From positions 6,400,001 to 6,464,000 of the forward strand of contig JASGJH010000001.1 in assembly GCA_047601445.1 (NCBI GenBank): DNA of 64,000 nucleotides, given 5' to 3'. The translations under genes were made by a program, and so were the position numbers. Below the pieces are notes generated by a model. The model searched no databases. It was not told where the DNA came from and worked only from the letters and a program-made list of their open reading frames with translations. Of the stretch, positions 52,255 through 61,698 are shown one piece after another (position 1 is the first letter of the stretch; each line of letters starts with the position of its first letter). Origin of the DNA: Myxococcales bacterium. Its GTDB lineage: Bacteria > Myxococcota_A > Polyangia > Polyangiales > DASUME01.

Positions 52255-53079
52255 CTACGGACAGCGCTCCACGATGCGGGCCGAGTCGATCAGCAGCGAC
52301 GCTCCGCTGGTGGGCACGCCGCCCTCGGCGGCCGGCTTGAGCATGAGTACGGGAAAGGCTGTGTCCGACTGGAAGGTCACGCAGATGGGCTTCCAGTCGG
52401 TGCTGTCCGCGATGGACGCAGAACGACCGAGCACCACACCCGCCCGATTGCCCTCACAGCGCGTGCCGGTCTCACCACGCACCTCGAGAAAAAGCGGGCT
52501 CCCTCCCGCGCTGTCGGCGATGGCCTGCAGCTGCAGATGAACGGGTTCGTTCACCGGGACCGGTTGCTCCAGGTTCTGTCGAACCGCCACGAAATCGGCC
52601 AAGCTGAAGGTACTCGGCACGAAGGACAGGTAGTCGCCCATGGCAGTCTTGACGCCCGCCACGGGCTTCGAGTTGGTGGTCACGGAGAAGGGCCAGCACG
52701 CATACCAGCCGCTCAACTCCGTCGTGATCGGGAGCGGCACCACCTGCAGGATGGTCTGGGCGATGTCGCGGATGACCACGTCACCGTCGATGCCGCCACC
52801 GCGCTCGAAGTCCGGATTGGTGATCACAAGGTTTGGCGTGAAGGCCGGGCCCGCCTCGGGCCGCTCCTCGTCAGGCTCGGGGTCTCCCGCGTCGTGCTCA
52901 GGGCTCGGTGTGGGCGCCGGATGCAGCCCAGCATCCACGGAGCACGGCAGGTCGAAGTGAGCGCACTCGGTGCCGATCAACACCGTCTCTTGGCAGCCGC
53001 CGAGCACGCCCGCGGCCATCATCAGCGCCGCCGGAAGGCCGAAGCGCGGTGAGGCCACGGGAGTTGTTGCCTCGCTCAC
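52255..53079 (-). CDS. Hypothetical lipoprotein with a beta-sandwich-like C-terminal domain
   Basis: Lipobox LGGC, Pro-rich linker, ITNPDFE...WKPICVTF...LLIDS. Start uncertain. Confidence 0.65.
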   Translation of the reverse strand: MSEATTPVASPRFGLPAALMMAAGVLGGCQETVLIGTECAHFDLPCSVDAGLHPAPTPSPEHDAGDPEPDEERPEAGPAFTPNLVITNPDFERGGGIDGDVVIRDIAQTILQVVPLPITTELSGWYACWPFSVTTNSKPVAGVKTAMGDYLSFVPSTFSLADFVAVRQNLEQPVPVNEPVHLQLQAIADSAGGSPLFLEVRGETGTRCEGNRAGVVLGRSASIADSTDWKPICVTFQSDTAFPVLMLKPAAEGGVPTSGASLLIDSARIVERCP

Positions 53080-53238
53080 GCGTATGTCTTGTTGCGCGCT
53101 CCGAACCATCTGACTCGACCGACCTTGGACCACCTTACCGGATCTCGCTCGGCGTAGGCTGACCCAATAGGTTCGCCGCGTTGTCCGCCTGGACAAGCAC
53201 GTCGGCGTGGCGACTTCGGTGCTCCAGATCGCCACGTC

Positions 53239-53272
53239 GCGATTGACCCCGGGGGGCCAGCGATTGACCCCG
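53239..53272. promoter_or_regulatory. Perfect 13-bp direct repeat with 21-bp period, candidate AraC-type site
   Basis: GCGATTGACCCCG at 53239-53251 and 53260-53272 in a divergent intergenic region. Confidence 0.65.
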
Positions 53273-53435
53273 ACCGCTCATCCTTAGCGTATCGCGCCGT
53301 GGGTTTAGCGCAGACGGACAAAGTTCGCGGCGTGCGCTCCTGTCGTATGACCACTTCTTGGCGTTCGTATAGGGTGCCTCTCGAGCGTCGCAATCGAGGC
53401 GGATTGCGGCGCCAGAGTGGTTCCTGGAGGACGTC

Positions 53436-54677
53436 ATGGCCTTGATCTCACGCAGCCTACTTAGCCTCGCCATGCTCGGCGCCCTTGTTGGTGTCTCGGC
53501 CTGTGGTGATGAGGATCCCAAAGAAGGTGGTTCGGTCGACCAATCCGTCGGCGTGGGCCGCTGGGGCGGTGATTGCAAAGACGGCGCAGCGCGCTGCAAC
53601 GACAAGTTCGGCGCGCCGCTGTGCCCGGTGACCTCAGGTTTTCCAGGCGACGACTTGGCCATTTGCGAGCCCGCGGGTCTGACCGACGGCATCCTGCTGC
53701 ACTACGGTCCCAAGGATTACAACAATCCTGAAGAAATTAAGAAGTACACCCTGGCCGCGTACGGCGAGAACGAGAACTGCGTCTACATCCGCACCACCAA
53801 CACCGAGCCGGTCTGGGTCAATCGTTTCCACGGCCGCATGCGCCCCAACTCGCACCACTTGATCGTCACCATCGCGCCGAAGTGGCCCGAGGGCGTGGTC
53901 GAGGGCGAGCCGGTGGCTTGCGACCAGGGCGAGGCGTTTGGTTCCCGCTGGTTGCTCGGCTCTCAGGATGAGCAGATCGATCTCGAGGTACAGGGCACGA
54001 CTCCAGGCTCCAAGCCTGCGGTTCCCGGCGATCCCGAGTACGGCTCGGGCTCGGTGGTCCAGCCCAACAGCATCTTGCGTCTCGACATGCACTACGTGAA
54101 CGGCACCGACAAGGAGATCCTCCGCGAGGGTTGGGTCTACTTGAAGGCCGTGCCCGCCGCGGAGGTCGTCGTGCCGGTGGACATGATCACGTTCTTCCAG
54201 GGCAACATCGACGTGCCGCCGAACAGCAAGGGCACCAAGACCGCGCGCGGTCGCTGTCAGGTTCCCGAAGAGCGCTACGTGGGCATGGTCACGGGCCACT
54301 TCCACAAGAACGGGACCCGTTTCAGCGTGTGGTACGAGCCTCAGGGCGGCACACCCCAGCTCATCTACCAGACGCACGACTGGGACACGCCCGGCAACGC
54401 CTGGTTCACGCCGCGCATCACCAACCCGGTGGTCAACGACGAGAACATCTGGGGCGCCACCAGCGGCTACCTGAAGGTGAAGCCCGGCGACTTCATCAGC
54501 TTCGAGTGCGAGTTCGACAACCCCACCTCCACGCCGATCGCCTTCGGCGAGCTCGGTCGCGATCAGATGTGCAACGTGTTCGGCTTCTACTACCCGAGCA
54601 ACGGCGACGTCTGGAACTGCGGCTGCGCGGGCGAACTCTGCTTCGGCGGCAACGAAGCCAACACCCTGGGCATGTAA
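53436..54677 (+). CDS. Type II copper monooxygenase-like lipoprotein (PHM/DBH family)
   Basis: Lipobox VSAC; SHHL and MHY (CuH-type ligands), GHFH and QMC (CuM-type ligands); GGAGG SD. Confidence 0.82.
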   Translation: MALISRSLLSLAMLGALVGVSACGDEDPKEGGSVDQSVGVGRWGGDCKDGAARCNDKFGAPLCPVTSGFPGDDLAICEPAGLTDGILLHYGPKDYNNPEEIKKYTLAAYGENENCVYIRTTNTEPVWVNRFHGRMRPNSHHLIVTIAPKWPEGVVEGEPVACDQGEAFGSRWLLGSQDEQIDLEVQGTTPGSKPAVPGDPEYGSGSVVQPNSILRLDMHYVNGTDKEILREGWVYLKAVPAAEVVVPVDMITFFQGNIDVPPNSKGTKTARGRCQVPEERYVGMVTGHFHKNGTRFSVWYEPQGGTPQLIYQTHDWDTPGNAWFTPRITNPVVNDENIWGATSGYLKVKPGDFISFECEFDNPTSTPIAFGELGRDQMCNVFGFYYPSNGDVWNCGCAGELCFGGNEANTLGM

Positions 54678-55157
54678 ATGAAAAAGTCAGTATTCGTAGT
54701 CTCGAGTCTCCTGGTGTTGGCCTGCGGCGATAATGGCGACCAGGAAGGCCACACCAACGAACGTTCCGTACTCGAGGATGTCGACACGGACGCCGTCAAC
54801 ACCATGCTCGATCCCAACGAGTACCCCACGTTCCGCTTCAGCAGCTTGATGAAGCCGTACGAGGACTCGGCGGGCTGTCTGGCACTCCATGCGAGCAAGA
54901 ACCCGGCCGAGACCGACGACCAGACCACCTGTCGCTGCAACAAGTGCGTCGAAAACATGCAGGAGTGCGACGTGCTCCAGGGCTGCACGGAGATCGCGGC
55001 CTGCTCCAAAGAGACCGGCTGCACCGACGAGTACTCCTGTTATCTCTTGCCGGGCGCGCCCTGCGTGGACGTGATCGATCGCTGGGGCAATGCCTCGGTG
55101 GCCGTCACTGTGTCCATCGACCTGCTGAACTGTTCCAAGCTCAACAAGTGTCAGTGA
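54678..55157 (+). CDS. Small Cys-rich lipoprotein
   Basis: Lipobox VLAC; about 12 further Cys; starts directly after the upstream stop. Confidence 0.75.
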   Translation: MKKSVFVVSSLLVLACGDNGDQEGHTNERSVLEDVDTDAVNTMLDPNEYPTFRFSSLMKPYEDSAGCLALHASKNPAETDDQTTCRCNKCVENMQECDVLQGCTEIAACSKETGCTDEYSCYLLPGAPCVDVIDRWGNASVAVTVSIDLLNCSKLNKCQ

Positions 55158-55249
55158 TCTCGACCTGAGTCTTTTGGTTGGTTTCGGTCTGAGCCTTTTT
55201 TGCTTGCTCCCGTGATGTCGCGCGGGGGCAGGGTTGGGGAGTTTATAAA

Positions 55250-56881
55250 ATGAAGCGCTTTCCATGGTTGAAGCTTCGTAAGAAGACCGATCCCGAGCTC
55301 CCTCTCGAGCCGCCGATCTGGCTCAATAACCACTCCAACGGCGAGTACTACCACCAGCAGACCCCGCGCGAAGCCGCCATGAAGGAGGAGATCCTCAAGC
55401 GTGCGGACGAGCAGGCGCGTCACCTCGGCATGGAGCGCCGCGAATTCTTGGCGAGCTCCATGGGCATGGTCACGAGCCTGGCCGTACTCAACCAGATGGG
55501 CTGCTCGAGCTCCGATGGCAAGCCTAGCAGCGGCGTCGTCAACGGCCCCTACCTCACGCCGGTCGAGGCCATGTGCGAAGACTCGGACGTCCTCAAGGGC
55601 GACGAGTTCATCTTCGACATCCAGACCCACAGCTTCGACCACGGCGAGTGGCGCACCAGCAACACGGTGTACCCCACGTTCCTTGGTCTGCTCGGTGGCT
55701 GCGGAACGGAGCGCGCCGACAGCCTCGATTGCTTCGACCAGGAGCGTTACGCGCGCCTGATGTTCGCCGAGAGCGACACCACCATGGCCGTGATCACCTC
55801 GTGGCCGGCGGCTACCTGTGACGCGGATCGCGCGCTCTTCCAGCGCCAGGCCAAGGCCTGCGGCCTGCCGCTCTCCAACGACGGTATGCGCAACCTGCGT
55901 GACTGGGTCAATCAGCGCGCCGCCTCGCAGCGCCTGGTGAACCAGGTGCAGATCATGCCGAACGACAACCTCGAGCTGCAGCTCGAGATCATGAAGGCAG
56001 CCATCGAGGACACGAAGTGGGGTGCGGTGAGCTGGAAGTGCTATCCGGCCTGGCGCTCGGACAGCTACCCCTCCGTCGAGGGCTACGCGCGCGGCTACTT
56101 CCTGAGCGACAAGATCGGCCGCAAGTTCATCGAGACCGGCCTCGAGCTCGGCGTGCCCAACTTTGCAGTCCACAAGGGTCTGCCCATCCCCGGCTTCGAC
56201 GTCGAGCACAACATGCCGACCGAGATCGGCACGGTGGCCAAGGATTATCCGCAGGCCAACTTCATCATCTACCACTCCGCCATCGGCGCGGGCATGGCCT
56301 TCAGCCTCACCGACAGCTTCGCCGGTCCCATGACCGAGCTCGATCCGTTCAACCCTGCCGATCCGAATCCGCGTGGCTCCAACATGCTGATCAAGTCGGT
56401 GGTGGACGCCGGCCTCGGACCGGGCTCCAACGTGTACGCCGAGCTCGGCAGCGCCTGGTCCAACGTGATGAGCAACACCACGGCCGCCCAGCACTTGATC
56501 GGTAAGCTGCTCAAGTACATCGGCGAGGACAACGTCGTGTGGGGCACGGACTGCATCCTTTCTGGCAGCCCGCAGGCGCAGATCGAGGCCTTCCGCATGT
56601 TCACCATCACGGAGCAGTTCCAGGAGCAGTTCGGCTACCCGGCGCTCACCAAGGAGATCAAGGCCAAGATCTTCGGCCTCAACGCCGCCAAGATCTTCGG
56701 CATCGACCCCGACCTTCGTCGCTGCACGGTGAAGAAGGACTCGTTCGCAGAGACGCGCCGTCAGCTCGACGGTGAGTACGGTCCGCGCCGCCACACGGTC
56801 CAGCCCCCGCTGGGCCCCACCAATCGCCGCGAATTCCTGGCCTCGGCACGCAAGAGCATCGCCGAGGGCAAGCCGGCCTGA
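55250..56881 (+). CDS. Amidohydrolase_2-like TIM-barrel protein with internal twin-arginine motif
   Basis: FDIQTH, WKCYP, AVHKG, IYHS, WGTD, IFGLNAAK; ERREFL followed by a hydrophobic stretch and MGC. Confidence 0.85.
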   Translation: MKRFPWLKLRKKTDPELPLEPPIWLNNHSNGEYYHQQTPREAAMKEEILKRADEQARHLGMERREFLASSMGMVTSLAVLNQMGCSSSDGKPSSGVVNGPYLTPVEAMCEDSDVLKGDEFIFDIQTHSFDHGEWRTSNTVYPTFLGLLGGCGTERADSLDCFDQERYARLMFAESDTTMAVITSWPAATCDADRALFQRQAKACGLPLSNDGMRNLRDWVNQRAASQRLVNQVQIMPNDNLELQLEIMKAAIEDTKWGAVSWKCYPAWRSDSYPSVEGYARGYFLSDKIGRKFIETGLELGVPNFAVHKGLPIPGFDVEHNMPTEIGTVAKDYPQANFIIYHSAIGAGMAFSLTDSFAGPMTELDPFNPADPNPRGSNMLIKSVVDAGLGPGSNVYAELGSAWSNVMSNTTAAQHLIGKLLKYIGEDNVVWGTDCILSGSPQAQIEAFRMFTITEQFQEQFGYPALTKEIKAKIFGLNAAKIFGIDPDLRRCTVKKDSFAETRRQLDGEYGPRRHTVQPPLGPTNRREFLASARKSIAEGKPA

Positions 56882-56919
56882 AACGCCCCCGCACAGCCGA
56901 GAAGTTTGGAGAACCTTGC

Positions 56920-58380
56920 ATGAAGATGTCGAGCAAACACCTGGCGCCGGCGGCGGCGCTGTTGTGGGTCCTTACGGGTTGTGCGGGCGATGAGAAGGAA
57001 GACGGGGATGCCAACGCCACGTCGGTCTGGCCTTCTTATGGACACGACGGGAAGAACACGCGCTTCAACGCCGAAGAGACCGCCATCACGCGCGACAACG
57101 TGAGCAAGTTGGTCAAGAAGTGGGACTCGGTGTCGGTCGGCACCACGCACTGGGGCGTGACCAGCACGGTCGCAGTGACCGACGGTGTCGCCTATTTCGG
57201 CGACTGGGGCGGCATGCTGTTCGCCGTGGACGCCAAGACAGGCAAGAAGGTGTGGCGCACGCAGCTTGCACCCGCCACCACGGGCCTCAGCGCGCAGCTC
57301 AACGCCTCGCCCTTCGTCAGCGAAGATCGCGTCTATCTCGGCGGCGTGGACAACGCGGTGTACTCGGTGGATCGCAAGACCGGCGAGCCCATCTGGAAGC
57401 CTTCCGCGCTGGCGGGCAACCAGAGCAGCGTCATCCTGTGGTCGTCGCCCAACGTCGTCGACAACACGCTGCTCATCGGCGTGGGCTCCTTCGAGGTGTT
57501 CACGGGCGCTCCGGGCGCCTACACCTTTCGGGGCAACCTTGTGATGATGGACGCCACTTCCGGCGCCGTGCAGCACACCACGTACGTCACCAACGGCGAC
57601 GATACGTCCGGCTACGGCTGTTCCATCTGGGGCTCGGCTGCCATCGACACCGACCGTAAGACCGCCTACGTGGGCGTGGGTCAGTCCTACTCCGCGCCGG
57701 CGAGCACGCTGTCGGACTCGGTGATCGCGGTGGACTACACCACGGGCGAACTCAAGTGGGGTTACCAGTTCACCATGAACGACATCTGGACCGCTTCGGC
57801 CGGCAACGGCGAGGACTGGGATGTCGGCGCGAGTGTGGTGCTCTACGAGGTCAACGGTCAGCCCCTGGTGGGCGCTGGTGACAAGGGTGGCCACTTCTAC
57901 GCGCTGAACCGCGACACCGGCACGCTGGTGTGGGGCACCGAGCTCACGCCGGGCGGCCGCACCGGAGGCGTGATGGCTTCGCCCGCGGTGGCCGACGGCG
58001 TCATCTACGTGTACTCGAACGACGGTATCGCGGAGAACTTCGGCAGCGACGGTCCCACGGCGGGCTCGGCGTTCGCCATCGACGGCGCCACCGGCAATCA
58101 CATCTGGGAAACCAAGTTCCAGCAGGGCGCCTTCGGCGGTATCGCCGTGGCGAACGGCTTGATGTTCTTCACCACGCTCGACGGCAGCATTCACGCGCTC
58201 AACACCGAGAATGGCCAAGAGCTGTGGACCGACAAGCTCCTCGGCGGCATGGCCACGGAGTCTGCCGGCGGCGTCACGGTGGCGGGCGGCATGGTTTACG
58301 CCGGTGCAGGTTGGGACTGGGCGCCCCTTGCGGACCCGCCCCCCGGTGGAGTAACAGCGTACGCTCTGCCCGAGAAATGA
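56920..58380 (+). CDS. PQQ-binding-like beta-propeller lipoprotein (PVA-dehydrogenase-like)
   Basis: Lipobox LTGC; WPSYGHD..NTR, repeated A.D..TG...W units, DSVIAVD, DWD, GDKGG. Confidence 0.85.
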   Translation: MKMSSKHLAPAAALLWVLTGCAGDEKEDGDANATSVWPSYGHDGKNTRFNAEETAITRDNVSKLVKKWDSVSVGTTHWGVTSTVAVTDGVAYFGDWGGMLFAVDAKTGKKVWRTQLAPATTGLSAQLNASPFVSEDRVYLGGVDNAVYSVDRKTGEPIWKPSALAGNQSSVILWSSPNVVDNTLLIGVGSFEVFTGAPGAYTFRGNLVMMDATSGAVQHTTYVTNGDDTSGYGCSIWGSAAIDTDRKTAYVGVGQSYSAPASTLSDSVIAVDYTTGELKWGYQFTMNDIWTASAGNGEDWDVGASVVLYEVNGQPLVGAGDKGGHFYALNRDTGTLVWGTELTPGGRTGGVMASPAVADGVIYVYSNDGIAENFGSDGPTAGSAFAIDGATGNHIWETKFQQGAFGGIAVANGLMFFTTLDGSIHALNTENGQELWTDKLLGGMATESAGGVTVAGGMVYAGAGWDWAPLADPPPGGVTAYALPEK

Positions 58381-58386
58381 AGCAGC

Positions 58387-58887
58387 ATGAGGAGTGGGAA
58401 GTACATGCGCCTTAACAAGGTCCTGTCTTTGAGCTTGATGACGATCGCTGGGATGCTGGCCACGGCCTGCGGTGGCGACGATCCGGAGAGCGCGCCGTCC
58501 GAGGGACAAATCGCGGAGATCCTCGGCGTGGGCCAGCTCGGCAGCTGCTCCATTTCGAGCTGCCACGGTACGGACACGGCGAGCGCCGGTCTCGACTTCA
58601 TGAACGCCACGAGCCTCCACGATCTGTTGGTGGACAAGCCGTCCTGCGAAGCCCCCAAGTTCAAGCTGGTGGACCCCGGCAGCCCCGAGACCAGCTGGCT
58701 CTACCTCAAGCTCACGGCCCCCGCGGACGCCAAGCGCAAGCTGGAGGAGAACCCCGACTGGGGCGAGCCCGGCACGGGTTGCGAAGAGGCCTCTGGCTTC
58801 GGCAAGCGCATGCCGGAGACCGGCCAGGAGCTGAGCGAGGACAAGAAGGAACAGATTCGGAAGTGGATTGCCGCCGGCGCCCCCTGA
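58387..58887 (+). CDS. Cytochrome c-like lipoprotein with CX4CH motif
   Basis: Lipobox ATAC; CSISSCH, LVDPGSPETSWLYLKL, RMP, IRKWIAAGA. Confidence 0.7.
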   Translation: MRSGKYMRLNKVLSLSLMTIAGMLATACGGDDPESAPSEGQIAEILGVGQLGSCSISSCHGTDTASAGLDFMNATSLHDLLVDKPSCEAPKFKLVDPGSPETSWLYLKLTAPADAKRKLEENPDWGEPGTGCEEASGFGKRMPETGQELSEDKKEQIRKWIAAGAP

Positions 58888-59088
58888 GCCCGTGAGCGGG
58901 GCAAACACATAAGGTTGCTCCGCATTTTCATCTCCGGCTGAGCCGCTAGCCAGCGTTTACCCGGCCCCATTGGTTGGCTGGGTCAACGTTTGTGTACTTT
59001 CGGTCTACCGGCCGTGGCCTTCTCGAAGGCATCCTGCGCCCACCTTTCTTCCAAGAATAGGTTGGACCTCTCGCGACAAGAGAACAGG

Positions 59089-60184
59089 ATGACCGCGCTC
59101 TCCTATACAGGTCCCTTGAACGAAGCCACGGCCAGCAGTGCGCTGGCCTGGCCGGCGGTGGGCCGCGTCATGGCCCGGGGGCTTCCGGCGAACACCGTGA
59201 CGAGGCCCGCGGGGCTGCGTCTGGGGCAGTTGGCCGATAGCCGAGTGCGCATCCCGGTGCGCGCGCTGCACCAGCTTTGGAACCAGAGCGCCGAGCTACT
59301 CAACGAGCCGCATCTCGGGCTCGAGACCCTCAGCCTGCTCAACAACACGGTGTCGTGGCCTGAGCCCTTCTCGCTCTACGAGAGCCTATTCCGTTGCAGC
59401 AACACCATGCGCGAGGGCGTGGACCGGCTCGCGCGCTACGCGCGCATCCTGCGGGATGGTTTTGGCGGACACATCGAGGAGCGCGGCGAGGCCAGCCTGA
59501 TTCTGCTTCGAGCTGGCCGACAACGAGCCCTGGCCGTTGGTGGAGCTGCACGTGGGCATGGCGATGCTCCTGCAGCGCCGTGTGTTGCCCGGCCATGCGG
59601 GCACGCGCGAGGTTTGGTTCCGGCGCTCCGTGCCCCAGAATCGCGCCTTGTTCGAGCGCTTCTTCGGCGTGCCGCTGCGCTTCAACGCGCCCGAGAACGC
59701 GCTCCTGGTGGACACTGCGTCGCTCTCCGAGCGGCTGCCCCATGCCGATGCCGGCGTCATGAACACGCTCGAGTGGCGCGCCAACGCCCAACTCGAGAGC
59801 TTGCCTGACCTCGAGAACGTCCTCGAGCGCGTCAAGCGCGCCCTGCTCGATGGGATCGCCGAGGGCGACGTGCGCGTGGAGCGTATCGCCAAGAAATTGG
59901 CCCTGTCGCCGCGCACGTTGCACCGCCGTCTGCAGGCGGAGGGCGAGTCGTTCCAGAGCTTGCTCGACAGCACACGCTGCGATCTCGCCAAGCGCGATCT
60001 GGCGTCCGGCCGCTACGCCGTGGGCGAGGTGAGCCGGCGCGTGGGCTTCACCAGCGTCAGCGCGTTCAGCCGCGCGTTCAAGTTGTGGACCGACAGCACG
60101 CCGCTGGCTTTCCAGCAGCGCGCCATGTCGTTTACCGCTGCGGGTCCCGGTGCTTGGGACAGCGAGCGAGCGGAGCACGGTTGA
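59089..60184 (+). pseudogene. AraC family regulator (arabinose-binding-like N-domain) split by a 1-nt frameshift near 59501
   Basis: N-half SRVRIPV..LW...EPHLGL...TMREGVDRLARY; C-half FERFFGVPLRF, IAKKLALSPRTLHRRLQ, VGFTSVSAFSRAFKLW in another frame. Confidence 0.8.
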
Positions 60185-60185
60185 C

Positions 60186-61541
60186 GTGACTTCTTTGTGG
60201 AGGCGTGGGGCCCCGCTGTGTGGCCTCGTGCTGGCGAGTTGGGTTAGCTCTGCGCACGCAGGTCCGCTCGAGACCATGCGCAGCATTGCCTTCCATCCTT
60301 CGGATCCGGCGACCTACGCTGCGGTCTACAACGAGGCCGGAGGCGGGCTGCTCATCACTCACGACGGCGGAAGCAGCTTCCAGCTTGCATGCACCTCCTA
60401 CGTGATCGGCAAGCGCTACCTGGAGAGCGTGCTGCCCGTGGTCTCCTACACGCCGGATGGGCACCTCGTGGTCGCCACCTTCGATGGCTTGTTCCGCGAC
60501 GACGGCGCCGGCTGCAACTTCACCCACGCGACCGAGCTCGGAGATCGCTACGTGGTGGGACTCACCAGCGATCCGACTCAGCCGAGCACGCTGTACGCGC
60601 TGACCTCCTCGGGCGGCGAACAGAACGGCATCTATCGCTCCACCGATCAGGGCGCCACGTGGTCGCCTTTCGGCGCCCTCGAGCAGGCGTTCTTTCGCAC
60701 GCTCTACATCGTCCCGCTGCCCGGAGGCGGACGCCGCTTCTATGTGTCCCTGGCTGCCCTGGAAGACGGCAGCGTCGCCCTGCAAGCCAGCATCCGCGTG
60801 TCGGAGGACGAGGGCGCGAGCTTCACCGAGTACGCCTTTCCCCAGGACAGCGACATGACCCTCGTGGGCGTGGACGCGCGTGATCCCGACCGCATCTACG
60901 CGGTGGCGCCGGACTTCACTGGCATGAGCGCCAGGCTGCTGGTCAACACGGCCAAGGGCGACCCGCAGGCCTGGAAGGAGCTCGGTAGCGTGGGCTCGCT
61001 GGGCAGCTTCGAGACGCGGCCCGAGGGAGGGTTCTTCGCGGTCGACCTCGAGAGTCGCCAACTCCTGCGCCTGAACGCGAGCGGCGACGGACTCGAGCTG
61101 GTCGATCCCATGCAGATCACCTGCTTTCAAACGAGTCCGCTCACGGGACAGCACTTCTCCTGTGCGACCTTCCGCCTGCTCGAGGCCGACGCCTCGGGGG
61201 TGCACACGGACAAGCTCGTCTTCGACATGAACAACCTCGGGAGCTTCGTGAGTTGCCCGGGGCAGGAGAAGGCGTTGGCCGCGAGCTGTCAGCCCCAGCT
61301 CGACTTCGGGTGGTGCGGCGGGACCCACTTCCCGGACGCGCCGCTGTGTCAGACCAAGTGCGTCGACGACGCGGGGATGTCGTGCGTCGATGGCGGCACT
61401 GAACCGCCCAAGCAGAGCCCAAAGAGCGGCTGCGCGATCTCTGCCATGCCCGCTACGCCCGGCCTGCTCGCGCCCGGAGCCCTTCTGCTCTGGGGGCTTT
61501 GGCGACGCAGGCGACGGCGCGCGAGTTCGGCCTGCGACTGA
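60186..61541 (+). CDS. BNR/Asp-box repeat surface protein with MYXO-CTERM tail
   Basis: ITHDGGSSF, RSTDQGATW, VSEDEGASF; C-terminal SGC...LLLWGLWRRRRRR. Confidence 0.8.
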   Translation: MTSLWRRGAPLCGLVLASWVSSAHAGPLETMRSIAFHPSDPATYAAVYNEAGGGLLITHDGGSSFQLACTSYVIGKRYLESVLPVVSYTPDGHLVVATFDGLFRDDGAGCNFTHATELGDRYVVGLTSDPTQPSTLYALTSSGGEQNGIYRSTDQGATWSPFGALEQAFFRTLYIVPLPGGGRRFYVSLAALEDGSVALQASIRVSEDEGASFTEYAFPQDSDMTLVGVDARDPDRIYAVAPDFTGMSARLLVNTAKGDPQAWKELGSVGSLGSFETRPEGGFFAVDLESRQLLRLNASGDGLELVDPMQITCFQTSPLTGQHFSCATFRLLEADASGVHTDKLVFDMNNLGSFVSCPGQEKALAASCQPQLDFGWCGGTHFPDAPLCQTKCVDDAGMSCVDGGTEPPKQSPKSGCAISAMPATPGLLAPGALLLWGLWRRRRRRASSACD

Positions 61542-61698
61542 CGTGTGTGAGCACCAGCGCGCAGCCGAAGAACTTGGCCCCAGCGCGCACCCGACCAAGC
61601 GCAAACTTGCCTCAGCTGTCCAAAATGCCGAAGGGCAGGTCATTCCCTCGTTCGTCCCTGGCGTGCACACTGCCCGGCGAAAGGCAGGCGGAATCCCC

